From Bacilli bacterium (GTDB lineage: Bacteria; Bacillota_I; Bacilli_A; RFN20; CAG-826), in contig JBMNLM010000001.1 in assembly GCA_050952805.1 (NCBI GenBank), positions 397,713 to 461,712 on the forward strand: DNA of 64,000 nt. Reading direction: 5' to 3'. Each line of letters opens with the position of its first letter. The stretch's first letter is position 1. This document shows positions 47,340 through 58,300 of the stretch, in pieces. A program made the translations under genes and the position numbers. The notes beneath the pieces are model-generated. The model worked only from the letters and a program-made list of their open reading frames with translations, had not been told where the DNA came from and ran no database searches.

Positions 47340-48184
47340 TGACGTTTTTTAATATCGCGATGAATCTTAATAACTGTATATTTATCATCAAAATATTTTG
47401 TTAGTTCATTAATAAAATAGACGCTTCGGTGTTGGCCGCCAGTACAACCAATTGCAATTGTTACGAGACTTCTTCCTTCGTTAGCAACGTCTTCTAAATA
47501 GGGAGTTAAAAAGGAAATTAAATCTTCCCTATAACGCATCGTAATTGCATATCTTTGTAAGTAATCAATTACATCCTTATTATTTCCCGTAAGATTTCTT
47601 AACTTTTTATCATAATAAGGATTTGGGACTGCTCTTACGTCAAATAAGAAGTCAATTTCACGAGGTATGCCATATTTAAAACCAAAGGAAATAAACATGA
47701 CTATTGTTTTTCCTTCGCTTTTCTTATTTTCGCGGTAGCGTTTAAATAAAGCTTTTCTAAGTGTCGAAACATCAATATCAGTCGTATCTAGACGAATCGT
47801 TGCTTCATCTTTTACTTTTTCAAACTCATTAAATTCAGCTTGAAGACTCGTTTTTAAGTCGTATCCTCGAACTTGAAGGGGATGAGCGTGACGCGTAAAT
47901 TTATAGCGATTTAAAAGTTCTTGCTCATCCGCGGTTAATAAAATCAAGTCATAATCAATTTCTGGATGTTTTTTTAATTCTTTAACGTAATCTTCAACGT
48001 GATGAATATAAATTTGAATGAGTGTTTTTTGATCTTCTTTTTGATTAAAATTCTCAAGGAATTGTGGAAGTAGTTGAACGGGCAAATTAGCAATAATAAA
48101 ATATTTCATCTCTTCAAAAGCAGTCGTTGCACTACTTTTGCCAGATCCTGATATTCCGCTTAAAATAATTAATTTATTTTTCAT
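47336..48184 (-). CDS. rapZ: RNase adapter protein RapZ (YvcJ), P-loop NTPase
   Basis: LIILSGISGSGKSSA Walker A. 282 aa. Confidence 0.85.
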   Translation of the reverse strand: MKNKLIILSGISGSGKSSATTAFEEMKYFIIANLPVQLLPQFLENFNQKEDQKTLIQIYIHHVEDYVKELKKHPEIDYDLILLTADEQELLNRYKFTRHAHPLQVRGYDLKTSLQAEFNEFEKVKDEATIRLDTTDIDVSTLRKALFKRYRENKKSEGKTIVMFISFGFKYGIPREIDFLFDVRAVPNPYYDKKLRNLTGNNKDVIDYLQRYAITMRYREDLISFLTPYLEDVANEGRSLVTIAIGCTGGQHRSVYFINELTKYFDDKYTVIKIHRDIKKRQ

Positions 48185-48242
48185 TGCCTCGCTAAAAACA
48201 CATCATTAACTACATATATATAATACCACTTTGAGTGTATTT

Positions 48243-49184
48243 TTATTTTGCTTTATTGCGATTTAAAGCGCGAAGTCGCTTTGAAACAGTAATTGCGGCG
48301 ATTGCCCCATCACTTTGAGCTGTAACAATTTGTCGTAAATCTTTTTCGTTAATGTCGCCAACGGCAAATAAGCCTTCAACACTTGTTTCCATATTTTTGT
48401 TAACGAGCGCATAGCCTCGTTCATTTCTTACATCAAAGTTTTTGAGCATATCGCTTTGCGCGGTCGCGCCAACAAATGGGAAAACGGCGGCGACTTCTAG
48501 AGTTCTATCTTCGCCGGTTAAGATGTTTTTAACATTTAAACCTGTTACTTTTGTCCCATCACCTAAAACTTCAACAGGAATTGTATTTAAGACTAATTCA
48601 ACATTTTCTGTTGCTTTAACGCGTTCTGTTAGTTCTTCATCAGATCTAAACTCATCGCGACGATGGATCAAATAAATTTTCTTAACGATTTTAGCAAGGA
48701 ATAGTGTTTCTTCTAAAGCTGAGTTTCCGCCGCCAATTACGGCAATTTCGTGGTCTTTATATAAAGCACCATCACAAACCGCGCAATAACTTACGCCTTT
48801 TGAAGTATATCTAGCTTCGCCAGGAATTTTTAGTTTTCTTTCTGTCGTTCCAGTTGCAACAATTGCAAAATGAGTGTTAAACACTTCATCTATTGTCGTA
48901 ACATTAAACGTTCCATCTTCATTTTTTGCAATATCAACAACTTCGCCATATTCGATTTCAATATCATTTTCGCGAACTTGTTCAAACATTTTAAAAGCAA
49001 GGTCTGGTCCTGAAATTGTCGTAAATCCAGGATAGTTTTCGACAGCTTGCGTAATATTTAATTTTCCTCCAGGTGCACCTTTATCAAGAATCTTTACAGG
49101 AACATTAGCTCTTTTTAAATAAATCGCGGCAGTAATTCCTGCTGGACCTGCACCAATTATAATTACAGGATATGTATTATTCAT
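48243..49184 (-). CDS. trxB: Thioredoxin reductase
   Basis: VIIIGAGPAG FAD motif, the redox-active CAVCDG and the GGGNSA NADPH motif. Confidence 0.9.
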   Translation of the reverse strand: MNNTYPVIIIGAGPAGITAAIYLKRANVPVKILDKGAPGGKLNITQAVENYPGFTTISGPDLAFKMFEQVRENDIEIEYGEVVDIAKNEDGTFNVTTIDEVFNTHFAIVATGTTERKLKIPGEARYTSKGVSYCAVCDGALYKDHEIAVIGGGNSALEETLFLAKIVKKIYLIHRRDEFRSDEELTERVKATENVELVLNTIPVEVLGDGTKVTGLNVKNILTGEDRTLEVAAVFPFVGATAQSDMLKNFDVRNERGYALVNKNMETSVEGLFAVGDINEKDLRQIVTAQSDGAIAAITVSKRLRALNRNKAK

Positions 49185-50523
49185 TTTTGTTTTCCTCCTT
49201 TATTTCATTTTTTGTATCATTTAAATTTTCTTCTTCTATTTCTTTTATTTCTATATTAGTGTTCGTGGCTAATTTTTGTTTACTAGCGAAATGTCTCCAA
49301 ACGTGGTTTATAACGATTCCAAGAATACTAACGCCAACAAAAATTAGCGCCCAAATATAACTCCACTTTGATTTTTCACCCATATTAAAACTAGGATCAC
49401 GAAGTGGCTCTAAAATTGCTCTTGTCATTCCGTACCATAAAAAGTAAGCAAATCCCATGTCAAGTGGTTTACGCCACTTTTTAAGTCCGCAACCTATACC
49501 AAAATAGATAACAAAGAATCCTGCTAAGTTAATCATCATTTCTATAAAGAATAGCGGAACTCTAAATTCTCCATCAATTATCATGTTTTGTCTTATAGCG
49601 TAAGGTAAAAAAGCATAGTTATTAATATCTGTCGCTGCGCCATAGACTTCTTGGTTAAAGAAGTTTCCAAAACGTCCGACAGCTTGAGCGACGAGTAGCG
49701 TTGGTAAAACAATGTCAACTGCTTCTTCTAATTTGTAAAGTTTTCGATATTTAAAATAGTAGAAAAGCATTCCGCCGAGAGCACCAAATATTGCTCCACC
49801 CATAATTGCGAGTCCGCCACTTCTAAAATCGAAAACTTTCGCAAAATCTTCGTTAAATCCGCCTACTGTCCAGTTTCCGATAACGTACCAGATTCTTGCG
49901 CCAATAATTCCACTAGGGAAAGCAACATAAAATAAGTTTTCCATTACGCCGTGGCGTTTGTGTTTTTTATAGAAAACGTGTTCACAAATCGCTAGCGATA
50001 ATAGCGCGCCTGTAAGAATGAATATTGCATAGAAAGCAACAACAGGATTAGCACGGTTTAAAGGTATCCCTCTAGGTAAAGGGAACGTAATTAAGCCCAA
50101 ATATGCATATCCGTCAAAAGCAATAAACGCTGCAAAAATGGCTCCGATTAGGCCAAGAGCCCACATTAACGTTGCATATTTGATGTTTTTTTCTTTTGGA
50201 CGGAAATGGTAGTAATTAAGAAAAAATATTGCAAGACCTACCGTAATCATAAAGCCAAACAGAGCAGATCCTAGCGTCGACATAAGTATTGCAAAAGTTT
50301 TTCCGTTACTTGCTTCAACAAAAGTAAGACTTAAGGCAACAACTAAAAAGCCAAGAATATTTATAAAGGGACTTAAAGAAACATAGAGAAAACTATTTTT
50401 AAATAAGCTTTCATACTCTTCATCGTTTTTACGAATTTTATTAATTGCGAGGCCTAAAAAAGTAAAGCCTGTTGCAATAATAAGTAGGCCGAGTGTTAGA
50501 AATATATAATTAATCGTTTTCAT
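49177..50523 (-). CDS. lgt: Prolipoprotein diacylglyceryl transferase with an N-terminal membrane extension of about 170 aa
   Basis: Lgt signature LVAQAVGRFGNFFNQEVYG. 448 aa versus about 270 typical. Extra N-terminal TM helices and a K/E/N-rich C-terminus. Confidence 0.85.
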   Translation of the reverse strand: MKTINYIFLTLGLLIIATGFTFLGLAINKIRKNDEEYESLFKNSFLYVSLSPFINILGFLVVALSLTFVEASNGKTFAILMSTLGSALFGFMITVGLAIFFLNYYHFRPKEKNIKYATLMWALGLIGAIFAAFIAFDGYAYLGLITFPLPRGIPLNRANPVVAFYAIFILTGALLSLAICEHVFYKKHKRHGVMENLFYVAFPSGIIGARIWYVIGNWTVGGFNEDFAKVFDFRSGGLAIMGGAIFGALGGMLFYYFKYRKLYKLEEAVDIVLPTLLVAQAVGRFGNFFNQEVYGAATDINNYAFLPYAIRQNMIIDGEFRVPLFFIEMMINLAGFFVIYFGIGCGLKKWRKPLDMGFAYFLWYGMTRAILEPLRDPSFNMGEKSKWSYIWALIFVGVSILGIVINHVWRHFASKQKLATNTNIEIKEIEEENLNDTKNEIKEENKNE

Positions 50524-50577
50524 AAATTACCTAATAAGAATATAGCACAAACTAAGTAAATAATTTTACTTAAATGC

Positions 50578-53403
50578 TTATTTTAAAACCTCTTTTAAGT
50601 ATTGTCCCGTATAAGAAGCAGGGTTTTTACTTACTTCTTCTGGAGTACCAGTCGCAATAAGTTGTCCTCCGCCATTACCGCCATCAGGACCAAGGTCAAC
50701 AATATAGTCGCCTTGTTTAATAACATCAAGGTTATGCTCAATAACGATAACGGTATCGCCATTTAAGACGATACGTTTTAAGATTTTAAGAAGTCTTTTA
50801 ACGTCATCAGTATGTAAACCAGTCGTTGGTTCATCTAATAAATAAAGTGTTCTTCCTGTCGAGCGTTTCGTAAGTTCAAAAGCTAGTTTTACTCTTTGTG
50901 CTTCTCCTCCACTTAACTCTGGAGCAGGTTGACCAAGCTTAATATAACCTAGACCAACATCAATTAATGTTTTTAGGATTCTCTTAATCTTAATTCTTGA
51001 ATCAAAAAATACATAAGCATCTTCTACAGTCATATTTAAGACATCACTAATGTTTTTTCCTTTATAGAAACAAGCGAGCGTTTCGCTGTTGTATCGTTTA
51101 CCATCACAAACTTCACAACGTACATAAACATCAGGTAAAAAATTCATTGAAATTCGCTTTACTCCTGCACCTTGACAATGTTCGCATCTTCCGCCGCGAT
51201 TATTAAAAGAGAAATAACCTTTATTAAATCCCCTTGCTTTTGCATCGGGAGTCTCGGCAAAAACGGCACGGATTTCATCAAACACCTTAGTATAAGTCGC
51301 TGGGTTTGATCTAGGAGTGCGGCCAATTGGGTCTTGAGAAATATGAATTACTTTATCAATGTGTTCTAAGCCACTTATTGAATCGTGCTCACCAGGATTT
51401 GTATTTACACCACGAAGATATCCATCAACTGCTTTATAGAGAATATCGTTAACGAGTGTAGACTTACCACTTCCGCTAACGCCGGTAACTATTGTCATAA
51501 CACCAAGCGGGAATTTAACATCAATATTTTTTAAGTTATGGCATCTAGCACCTTTTACTTCTAAAAATTCACCATTTCCTTTTTCGCGAACTTTGGGAAC
51601 GTCGATTTTCTTTCTGCCGCTTAAATAGTCGCCGGTAATTGAACGCGGACAATTCATAATGTCTTCAACTGTTCCAACTGCGACAACTTCGCCACCATGA
51701 ACACCAGCGCCTGGGCCAATATCGACGATTAAATCAGCATTTCGCATCGTTTCTTCATCGTGTTCAACAACAATTAATGTATTTCCTAAATCGCGCATTT
51801 CTTTAAGCGATTTAATTAATTTTGCATTATCTTTTTGATGAAGACCAATACTTGGTTCATCAAGAATGTAAATAACTCCACTTAATTTTGAGCCAATTTG
51901 TGTAGCTAAACGAATTCTTTGGGCTTCGCCGCCTGATAGTGTTGCTGCTTGTCTAGCTAACGTTAAATAATCTAGACCAACATCAACAAGAAATGACAAG
52001 CGATTATGAATTTCTTTAAGAATTAGATCAGATATCGTAACTTCTGAAGGCGAAAGTGTCTTTTTCGTTTCTTCTAAGAAATTCCTTAATTCACCAATTT
52101 GCATTGTTGATAATTCATAAATATTTTTGTTATTAATTCTTACCGAAAGAGCTTCTTTGTTAAGTCTAGCTCCGTTACAGGAAGTACAAATAATGTCTTG
52201 AAGGAACTTCGCGTAGTAGTCACGCATAAATTCACTCGTTGTTTCTTCGTAGAGTCGCTCAATTTTTGTCTTAATTCCTTCAATATAACCAGTACGAAAT
52301 ACAATGTTTCCGCTTGAACTTTTAATTGTGTATTCATGGGGTTCAGGAGAGCCATTTAAGACAATTGAGCGCTGTTTTGCAGTCAATTCCTTCCATTTAA
52401 CGTTCATTGGAATGTCATAAAGACTACAAAGTTTCTTAAAATCTTGCCATTCAAGATTTTGCGATTTTGTAATATTTTTATAATATTCAATCGCCCCTTC
52501 ATTTAGTGACAAATTATCATCAGGAACGAGTAAATTTACATCAACTTCGCGCTTTATTCCTAATCCTCTACATTCAGGACAATAGCCAATTGGGGAATTA
52601 AATGAGAAAAATCTTGGTTCAAGTCTCGGGACACTAAAACCACAATATTTACAAGCATGCATCGTACTAAAGAAACGTTCTTCGTTGTTTAGTAAAACGT
52701 AGAGAACTCCGTGTCCCCAGTCTAGAGCAATGTTAATACTATCTAATAAACGCCCAAATGAGTCTTCTTTTAGGCCAAGACGATCAACGATAATATCAAT
52801 ATCGTGATACTTGTTTTTTGAAAGTTCGGGCACTTCATCAATACGATAATTTTCTTTATCAACTCGTAAACGCATAAAACCAGCTTTTTGTATTTTTTCT
52901 AGTGTTTCTTTATGCGTTCCTTTTTCGCGAACAACGACAGGAGCAATAATTTGTACACGAGTATTTAGGGGATACTCTTGAATAATATTAATAATTTGTT
53001 CCGGCGAAAAAGCAATGATTGGTTCATTGTGAGTTGGGCAATAAGGAACACCAATGCGCGAATATAAGAGTCTTAAATAGTCATAAATTTCCGTAACCGT
53101 TCCTACAGTACTTCTTGGATTTGTGTTTGTTGTCTTTTGTTCAATCGAAATTGCAGGACTTAGTCCTTCAATTGAATCAACATCTGGTTTAGAAAGGTTA
53201 CCTAAAAATTGTCTAGCATAGCTAGATAAACTTTCAACGTAACGGCGTTGGCCTTCGCTATAAATAGTTTCTAGAGCTAGAGTACTTTTTCCAGATCCTG
53301 AAAGGCCTGTAAAAACAATAAACTTATTTTTTGGAAGAGTTAAATCAATATTTTTTAAGTTATTGTCTCTTGCGCCCTTTATCTTAATCTCATTAATGTT
53401 CAT
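50578..53403 (-). CDS. uvrA: Excinuclease ABC subunit A
   Basis: 941 aa with two ABC modules (GLSGSGKSTLA, GVSGSGKSTLV), zinc fingers CKYCG / CEHCQGAG and LSGGEAQR signatures. Confidence 0.95.
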   Translation of the reverse strand: MNINEIKIKGARDNNLKNIDLTLPKNKFIVFTGLSGSGKSTLALETIYSEGQRRYVESLSSYARQFLGNLSKPDVDSIEGLSPAISIEQKTTNTNPRSTVGTVTEIYDYLRLLYSRIGVPYCPTHNEPIIAFSPEQIINIIQEYPLNTRVQIIAPVVVREKGTHKETLEKIQKAGFMRLRVDKENYRIDEVPELSKNKYHDIDIIVDRLGLKEDSFGRLLDSINIALDWGHGVLYVLLNNEERFFSTMHACKYCGFSVPRLEPRFFSFNSPIGYCPECRGLGIKREVDVNLLVPDDNLSLNEGAIEYYKNITKSQNLEWQDFKKLCSLYDIPMNVKWKELTAKQRSIVLNGSPEPHEYTIKSSSGNIVFRTGYIEGIKTKIERLYEETTSEFMRDYYAKFLQDIICTSCNGARLNKEALSVRINNKNIYELSTMQIGELRNFLEETKKTLSPSEVTISDLILKEIHNRLSFLVDVGLDYLTLARQAATLSGGEAQRIRLATQIGSKLSGVIYILDEPSIGLHQKDNAKLIKSLKEMRDLGNTLIVVEHDEETMRNADLIVDIGPGAGVHGGEVVAVGTVEDIMNCPRSITGDYLSGRKKIDVPKVREKGNGEFLEVKGARCHNLKNIDVKFPLGVMTIVTGVSGSGKSTLVNDILYKAVDGYLRGVNTNPGEHDSISGLEHIDKVIHISQDPIGRTPRSNPATYTKVFDEIRAVFAETPDAKARGFNKGYFSFNNRGGRCEHCQGAGVKRISMNFLPDVYVRCEVCDGKRYNSETLACFYKGKNISDVLNMTVEDAYVFFDSRIKIKRILKTLIDVGLGYIKLGQPAPELSGGEAQRVKLAFELTKRSTGRTLYLLDEPTTGLHTDDVKRLLKILKRIVLNGDTVIVIEHNLDVIKQGDYIVDLGPDGGNGGGQLIATGTPEEVSKNPASYTGQYLKEVLK

Positions 53404-53501
53404 TTTTTCGCTCCAACTTATATTGTACCTAGATAATGAGTATTTTTCATTTGATATACTTTATTTATCAAATAATATTGATAATAAAGTTATATATTAC
53501 G

Positions 53502-53530
53502 TTGAATTTGCTAATTAAATATTATAGAAT
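53502..53530 (+). promoter_or_regulatory. Sigma-A-type promoter of the ABC transporter operon (short or no leader)
   Basis: -35 TTGAAT at 53502-53507, a 17-nt spacer and -10 TAGAAT at 53525-53530. The ATG at 53539 is 8 nt downstream. Confidence 0.45.
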
Positions 53531-53538
53531 TTTTGAGT

Positions 53539-54420
53539 ATGGAAGTATTAAGAACAAACAAATTAACGAAAAAATTTAAAAATAAATTCGCCGTAAAAGA
53601 TGTCTCAATGGTCATTAATGAGGGCGATATTTATGGTTTTATTGGCGAAAACGGTGCGGGAAAAACGACTTTTATTCGTCTAATTGCAGGATTAGCTAAC
53701 CCAACGAGCGGAACTTACACTCTTTTTGAAGGAGAAAATAAACCAATTGCCGCGATTGTTGAGGCTCCTGCTCTTTATTTAAATTTAACCGCTCTTGATA
53801 ACATGAGAGCCTACGGAAAATTAGTAGGCATTCAAGATGAACAAAAATTTCGTGAACTTCTTGAACTTGTAAAACTTAACGAAGTCATTGACTCAAAGAA
53901 AAAAGCAAATCACTTCTCACTAGGTATGAAGCAACGGCTTGGGATTGCAATGGCACTTCTTGATGATCCAAAGTTTTTGATTTTAGATGAGCCGATGAAC
54001 GGTCTAGATCCTGAAGGTGTCTACTTATTAAGAAACATAATAAAAGACTTAAGTGATAAAGGCATTACCTTCTTAATTAGTTCGCATATGCTAAGCGAAT
54101 TATCAAAAATCGCTACAAAATACGGCTTTATTCATCAAGGTGAGCTAGTAAAAGAGGCAACTCTTAAAGATTTAGAAAACCTTCAACGGCATTTTATTCA
54201 TGTAAAAATTGATAGTTCACAAAAGGAACTCGCTACAGAAATTCTTAAAAAAGCAAAATATAACTTTGATGATGAAGACGATATAAAAGTATATGACGCT
54301 AAACTTGATGATGTCTTTAACCTTTTAAGGAAAAATAAAATTGAAGTTAAAGCGATTAAAGAAGAAACTCCTTCAATTGAAGACTTCTATTTAAAACTAA
54401 TTGGAGAATTAAATGGGTAA
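53539..54420 (+). CDS. ABC transporter ATP-binding protein (ABC-2/export type)
   Basis: Walker A GENGAGKTT, signature LSLGMKQRL and Walker B LILDEP. The ORF-track start at 53533 is TTG. ATG at 53539 is preferred. Confidence 0.8.
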   Translation: MEVLRTNKLTKKFKNKFAVKDVSMVINEGDIYGFIGENGAGKTTFIRLIAGLANPTSGTYTLFEGENKPIAAIVEAPALYLNLTALDNMRAYGKLVGIQDEQKFRELLELVKLNEVIDSKKKANHFSLGMKQRLGIAMALLDDPKFLILDEPMNGLDPEGVYLLRNIIKDLSDKGITFLISSHMLSELSKIATKYGFIHQGELVKEATLKDLENLQRHFIHVKIDSSQKELATEILKKAKYNFDDEDDIKVYDAKLDDVFNLLRKNKIEVKAIKEETPSIEDFYLKLIGELNG

Positions 54421-55210
54421 ATTACTAAAATTAGACTTATATCGTCTAAGAAAAGAAAAAGCACCATTAGTAGGAATACTTGTAAGCGTAGGAATACTTA
54501 TTCTTTCAGTAATTGTCTTTTCAATTCAAGGCTATCACGCTTCAAATAGTCCTTATGACTATGATTTATTCCTTAGTCCAAATGAAGTATTTTTGCAAAC
54601 ATCTTCTTTTGCATCAAATATTCCTCTTGTTCTTTATATTGTGACAGTAACTTTTACTGCTAGAGATTTTTCAAATAAAACGATAAGACTAAAAATTCAA
54701 AAAGGTTATAGTAGGACAAAAATTTACTTCTCAGCGCTATTTGCAAATTTAATCTTTTGTCTTCCAATTATCTTAATTAGCGGTCTTATTAACTATTTTG
54801 TTGTTTATGCATTTAATCCCCCAGCATCCATTACCGGTGATGATGTCTTAAAAATGTTTATAAGTATTTTTTATATCATCTTATATTCGACATTTTTTAT
54901 CTCACTTGCGACTGCTGCGACTTTTTCAACAAGAAAGACTGGTTCAGCAATTGTTATCGGCTTAGGTGTAATTTTCGGGGAAGCAATTTTTAGTCAAATC
55001 ATTATTTTTAGTATCATTTTCCGCTTTGAAAACGTACCAAAGTGGGTAATGAAAATGCTTTCAATATTTCCTAGTAGTTCATTAAGTAAAATAGCAAGTT
55101 CAGATTATAACGGCTATGACATTTTAATTTCTTATTTAAGTCTAGCGATTTATATCGCTATAACAAATGTATCAATTATATTTAACTTTAAGAGAAGAGA
55201 TATTGCCTAA
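54413..55210 (+). CDS. ABC-2 type transporter permease
   Basis: 265 aa with 6 TM. Overlaps the ATPase gene by 8 nt. Confidence 0.6.
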   Translation: MGKLLKLDLYRLRKEKAPLVGILVSVGILILSVIVFSIQGYHASNSPYDYDLFLSPNEVFLQTSSFASNIPLVLYIVTVTFTARDFSNKTIRLKIQKGYSRTKIYFSALFANLIFCLPIILISGLINYFVVYAFNPPASITGDDVLKMFISIFYIILYSTFFISLATAATFSTRKTGSAIVIGLGVIFGEAIFSQIIIFSIIFRFENVPKWVMKMLSIFPSSSLSKIASSDYNGYDILISYLSLAIYIAITNVSIIFNFKRRDIA

Positions 55211-55223
55211 TAATACTTAGAGA

Positions 55224-55251
55224 TTGAAAAAGCCGATTAATCATTTATAAT
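55224..55251 (+). promoter_or_regulatory. Sigma-A-type promoter of tRNA-Pro(GGG)
   Basis: -35 TTGAAA at 55224-55229, a 16-nt spacer and -10 TATAAT at 55246-55251. The tRNA 5' end is 11 nt downstream. Confidence 0.55.
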
Positions 55252-55261
55252 ATTAGTACTG

Positions 55262-55338
<77 letters not shown>

Positions 55339-55345
55339 GGAAAAT

Positions 55346-55383
55346 AAAAAAACCGCTGTTTTGCAGCGGTTTTTGTTATTTTT
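55346..55383. terminator. Bidirectional rho-independent terminator (tRNA-Pro on plus, PFOR gene on minus)
   Basis: Hairpin AAACCGCTG-TTTT-GCAGCGGTTT with T-runs on both strands. Confidence 0.6.
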
Positions 55384-55391
55384 GCAAGGTT

Positions 55392-58300
55392 TTAGCCAAA
55401 CTTCTTAATGCGTTCGTAGCGTTTTCTTGCTTCTTGTTCTGACTTAGTTAAGAGTTCTTCAGCGTGTTCTGGATTAACTTTTGGAAGTTGTGAGAACCGG
55501 TTTTCACCCATAACAAATTCACGGAACAACGAGTAATCAGGTTCTTTGTTGTAGTCTAATTGAAGTGGTGATTTACCTTCTTTTTCTAGACGTGGGTCAT
55601 AGCGGAAGATATTCCAATAGCCACTTTCAACAGCTTTCTTTTCAACCGTATTGTGATTACTTAAGCCGCCTTTAATACCGTGTTCAACACAAGGTGAGTA
55701 AGCAATTACAAGCGACGGACCTTCATAACTTTCAGCTTCTTTAAGTGCTTTAATTGCAGCATTTGGATTAGCACCAAGACTAATTTGAGCGACATAGACA
55801 TCGCCATAAGCCATTGCCATTAAGGCAAGGTTTTTCTTCGTGCCCGTTTTTCCGCTTGCGGCAAACTTAGCAATTGCACCAGTTTGTGTTGATTTTGATG
55901 CTTGTCCACCTGTATTTGAATATACTTCTGTATCAAGAACGAGGACATTAACGTCAGCACCACTTGCTAATACGTGATCTAGACCGCCGTAGCCAATGTC
56001 GTAAGCCCAGCCGTCACCACCAACAATCCAGACAGATTTATCAACAAAGTCATCCTTGTAGAGAAGACTTTCTTTAATCGCTTCGTTTCTACTATTTTCG
56101 ATTAAGGTGATTAATTTATCTTTGATTGCTTTTGTGTGAGCTCTATCTTTTACGTTAGCAAGATAATCATCAATTAATAAAGCGAGTTCTTCTTCAACAT
56201 CAGCTTTATTTGCTTCTAAGATTTCAGCGATACGAGCGAGTTTATAGTCAGTCGCTAAGCGCATTCCAAAACCAAATTCAGCATTATCTTCAAATAAGCT
56301 ATTAGCCCAGGCAACACCTTCGCCTTCTTTATTAGTAACAAATGGCGTACCTGGCGTTGAGCCACAATAAATTGAGCTACAACCAGTAGCGTTAGCAACG
56401 AGCATATCTGCACCAAAGAGTTGCGAGACTAAGCGATAATATGGTGTTTCTCCACATCCTGCACAAGCACCACTAATTTCCATATAAGGCATCTTAAAGC
56501 CAACACCTTTAATAGCATTTTGTAGTGGTTCTGGTAGTAAGTTATCTTTATAGGTAACTTCTTTATAGAGATAGTCTGCAGCAGCTTCTAAATGAATTTC
56601 TTCTTTAGTATCGCGCATTTCAAGAGCTTTTTGTCCACGTTTTCCAGGACACGTTACAACACAAAGTCCGCATCCTACACAGTTTGCAGGACTAACTTGA
56701 ATACGGAACATGTATCCTTGAAGTCCAGGACCCATTGCAGGAATTAAGTCATCTTTAACGTCTTCAGGTAATTTTTCAATTTCTTCTGGCGTTAGTAAGA
56801 ACGGACGAATTGTCGCGTGCGGACAGACGAACGAACATGTATTACATTGAATACAATTTTCACTAATCCAATGTGGTACTTGGTCAGCAATTTGACGTTT
56901 TTGTTTGAAAGTAACATCATTTTGCATCGTGCCATCAAGAAGATCAAAGTTTGTAAACATTGAAGTTGGTAGGTCATTACCTTCAAGTCTTTCAATTGGC
57001 GTGACAAATTCATCAAAGTATTTATCACCACTTAACTTAACTTCTGCGACTGGTTTTAATTTTAACCATTCTTTATCAACTTTAATTTCGCGAAGGCCAT
57101 CGGCACCACGATCAATTGCATCATAGTTTTTCTTAACGACAGCTTCACCTTTTCTGCCGTAAGTTGCTTTTGCAAGTTTTTTCATCCAGTCTTTTGCACT
57201 TTCATAATCCATAATTGATGGATTTAGATAGAAGAAACTAGATTGTAAGATTGTGTTTGTATGTCTTCCCATACCAATTTCACGCGCGATTGCGTTAGCG
57301 TCAATTACAAAGAATCTTGCATTACGTTTTGCAAGTTGATATTTAACGCGATTTGGCATGCTATTTAATAATTCTTCATCAGTTAATTCAGTATTTAAGA
57401 GGAACGTTCCGCCATCTTTTAAGTTGCGAAGCATATCGTATTTAAATAGATACGTATCTAGTGAGCAACTAATAAACCCTGCATTTTCAATGTAATATGG
57501 TGAATGAATCGGGTTTTTACCAAAGCGTAGGTAACTTCTTGTTGCTCCACCAGCTTTTCTAGAGTCATAGGCAAAGTAGGCTTGCGCGTATTGTCCGGTT
57601 GCATCTCCAATAATTTTAATTGAGGATTTATTAGCCGAGACAGTTCCGTCACTTCCTAAACCGTAGAATAAACATGCATGGTTATCGTGAACGATATGAT
57701 AATCTTCATCAGGTTTAACACTTAAGTTTGTTAAATCATCTTCAATACCAATCGTAAAGCTATGCCATGGTTTGTTATCTAAGAAATCAAAGACTCCTTT
57801 AATGTGTTTAGGTTGTGTATCTTTACTACTTAAACCGTAACGTCCACCGTAAACTTCGATATCTTCACGGTTCATAAGTTTTAGAGCACTTACGACATCA
57901 ACGTAAAGTGGTTCGCCAACAGCGCCCATTTCTTTAGTTCTATCTAGGACTGCAATTTGTTTTACAGTACTAGGAATAACACTACTTAAGTGTTTAGCAC
58001 TAAAGGGACGATATAAGTGAACTTTTACAAGACCAAGTTTTTCGCCTTTACTATTTAAATCGCGAACTACTTCGCCAACAGTATCAGTAATACTTCCCAT
58101 AGCAACGATAACTTTTGTTGCATCTTTTGCACCTTCGTAAACAAACGGAGCATATTTTCTTCCGGTTAATTTACTAGCGGCTTCAAAATATTTTTCACTT
58201 ACTTCAATAACATTTTGATAGTGTAAGTTTTGGGCTTCGCGGGCTTGGAAATAAATGTCATCATTTTCCGCTCCACCACGAGTTACTGCATTAGTATGAG

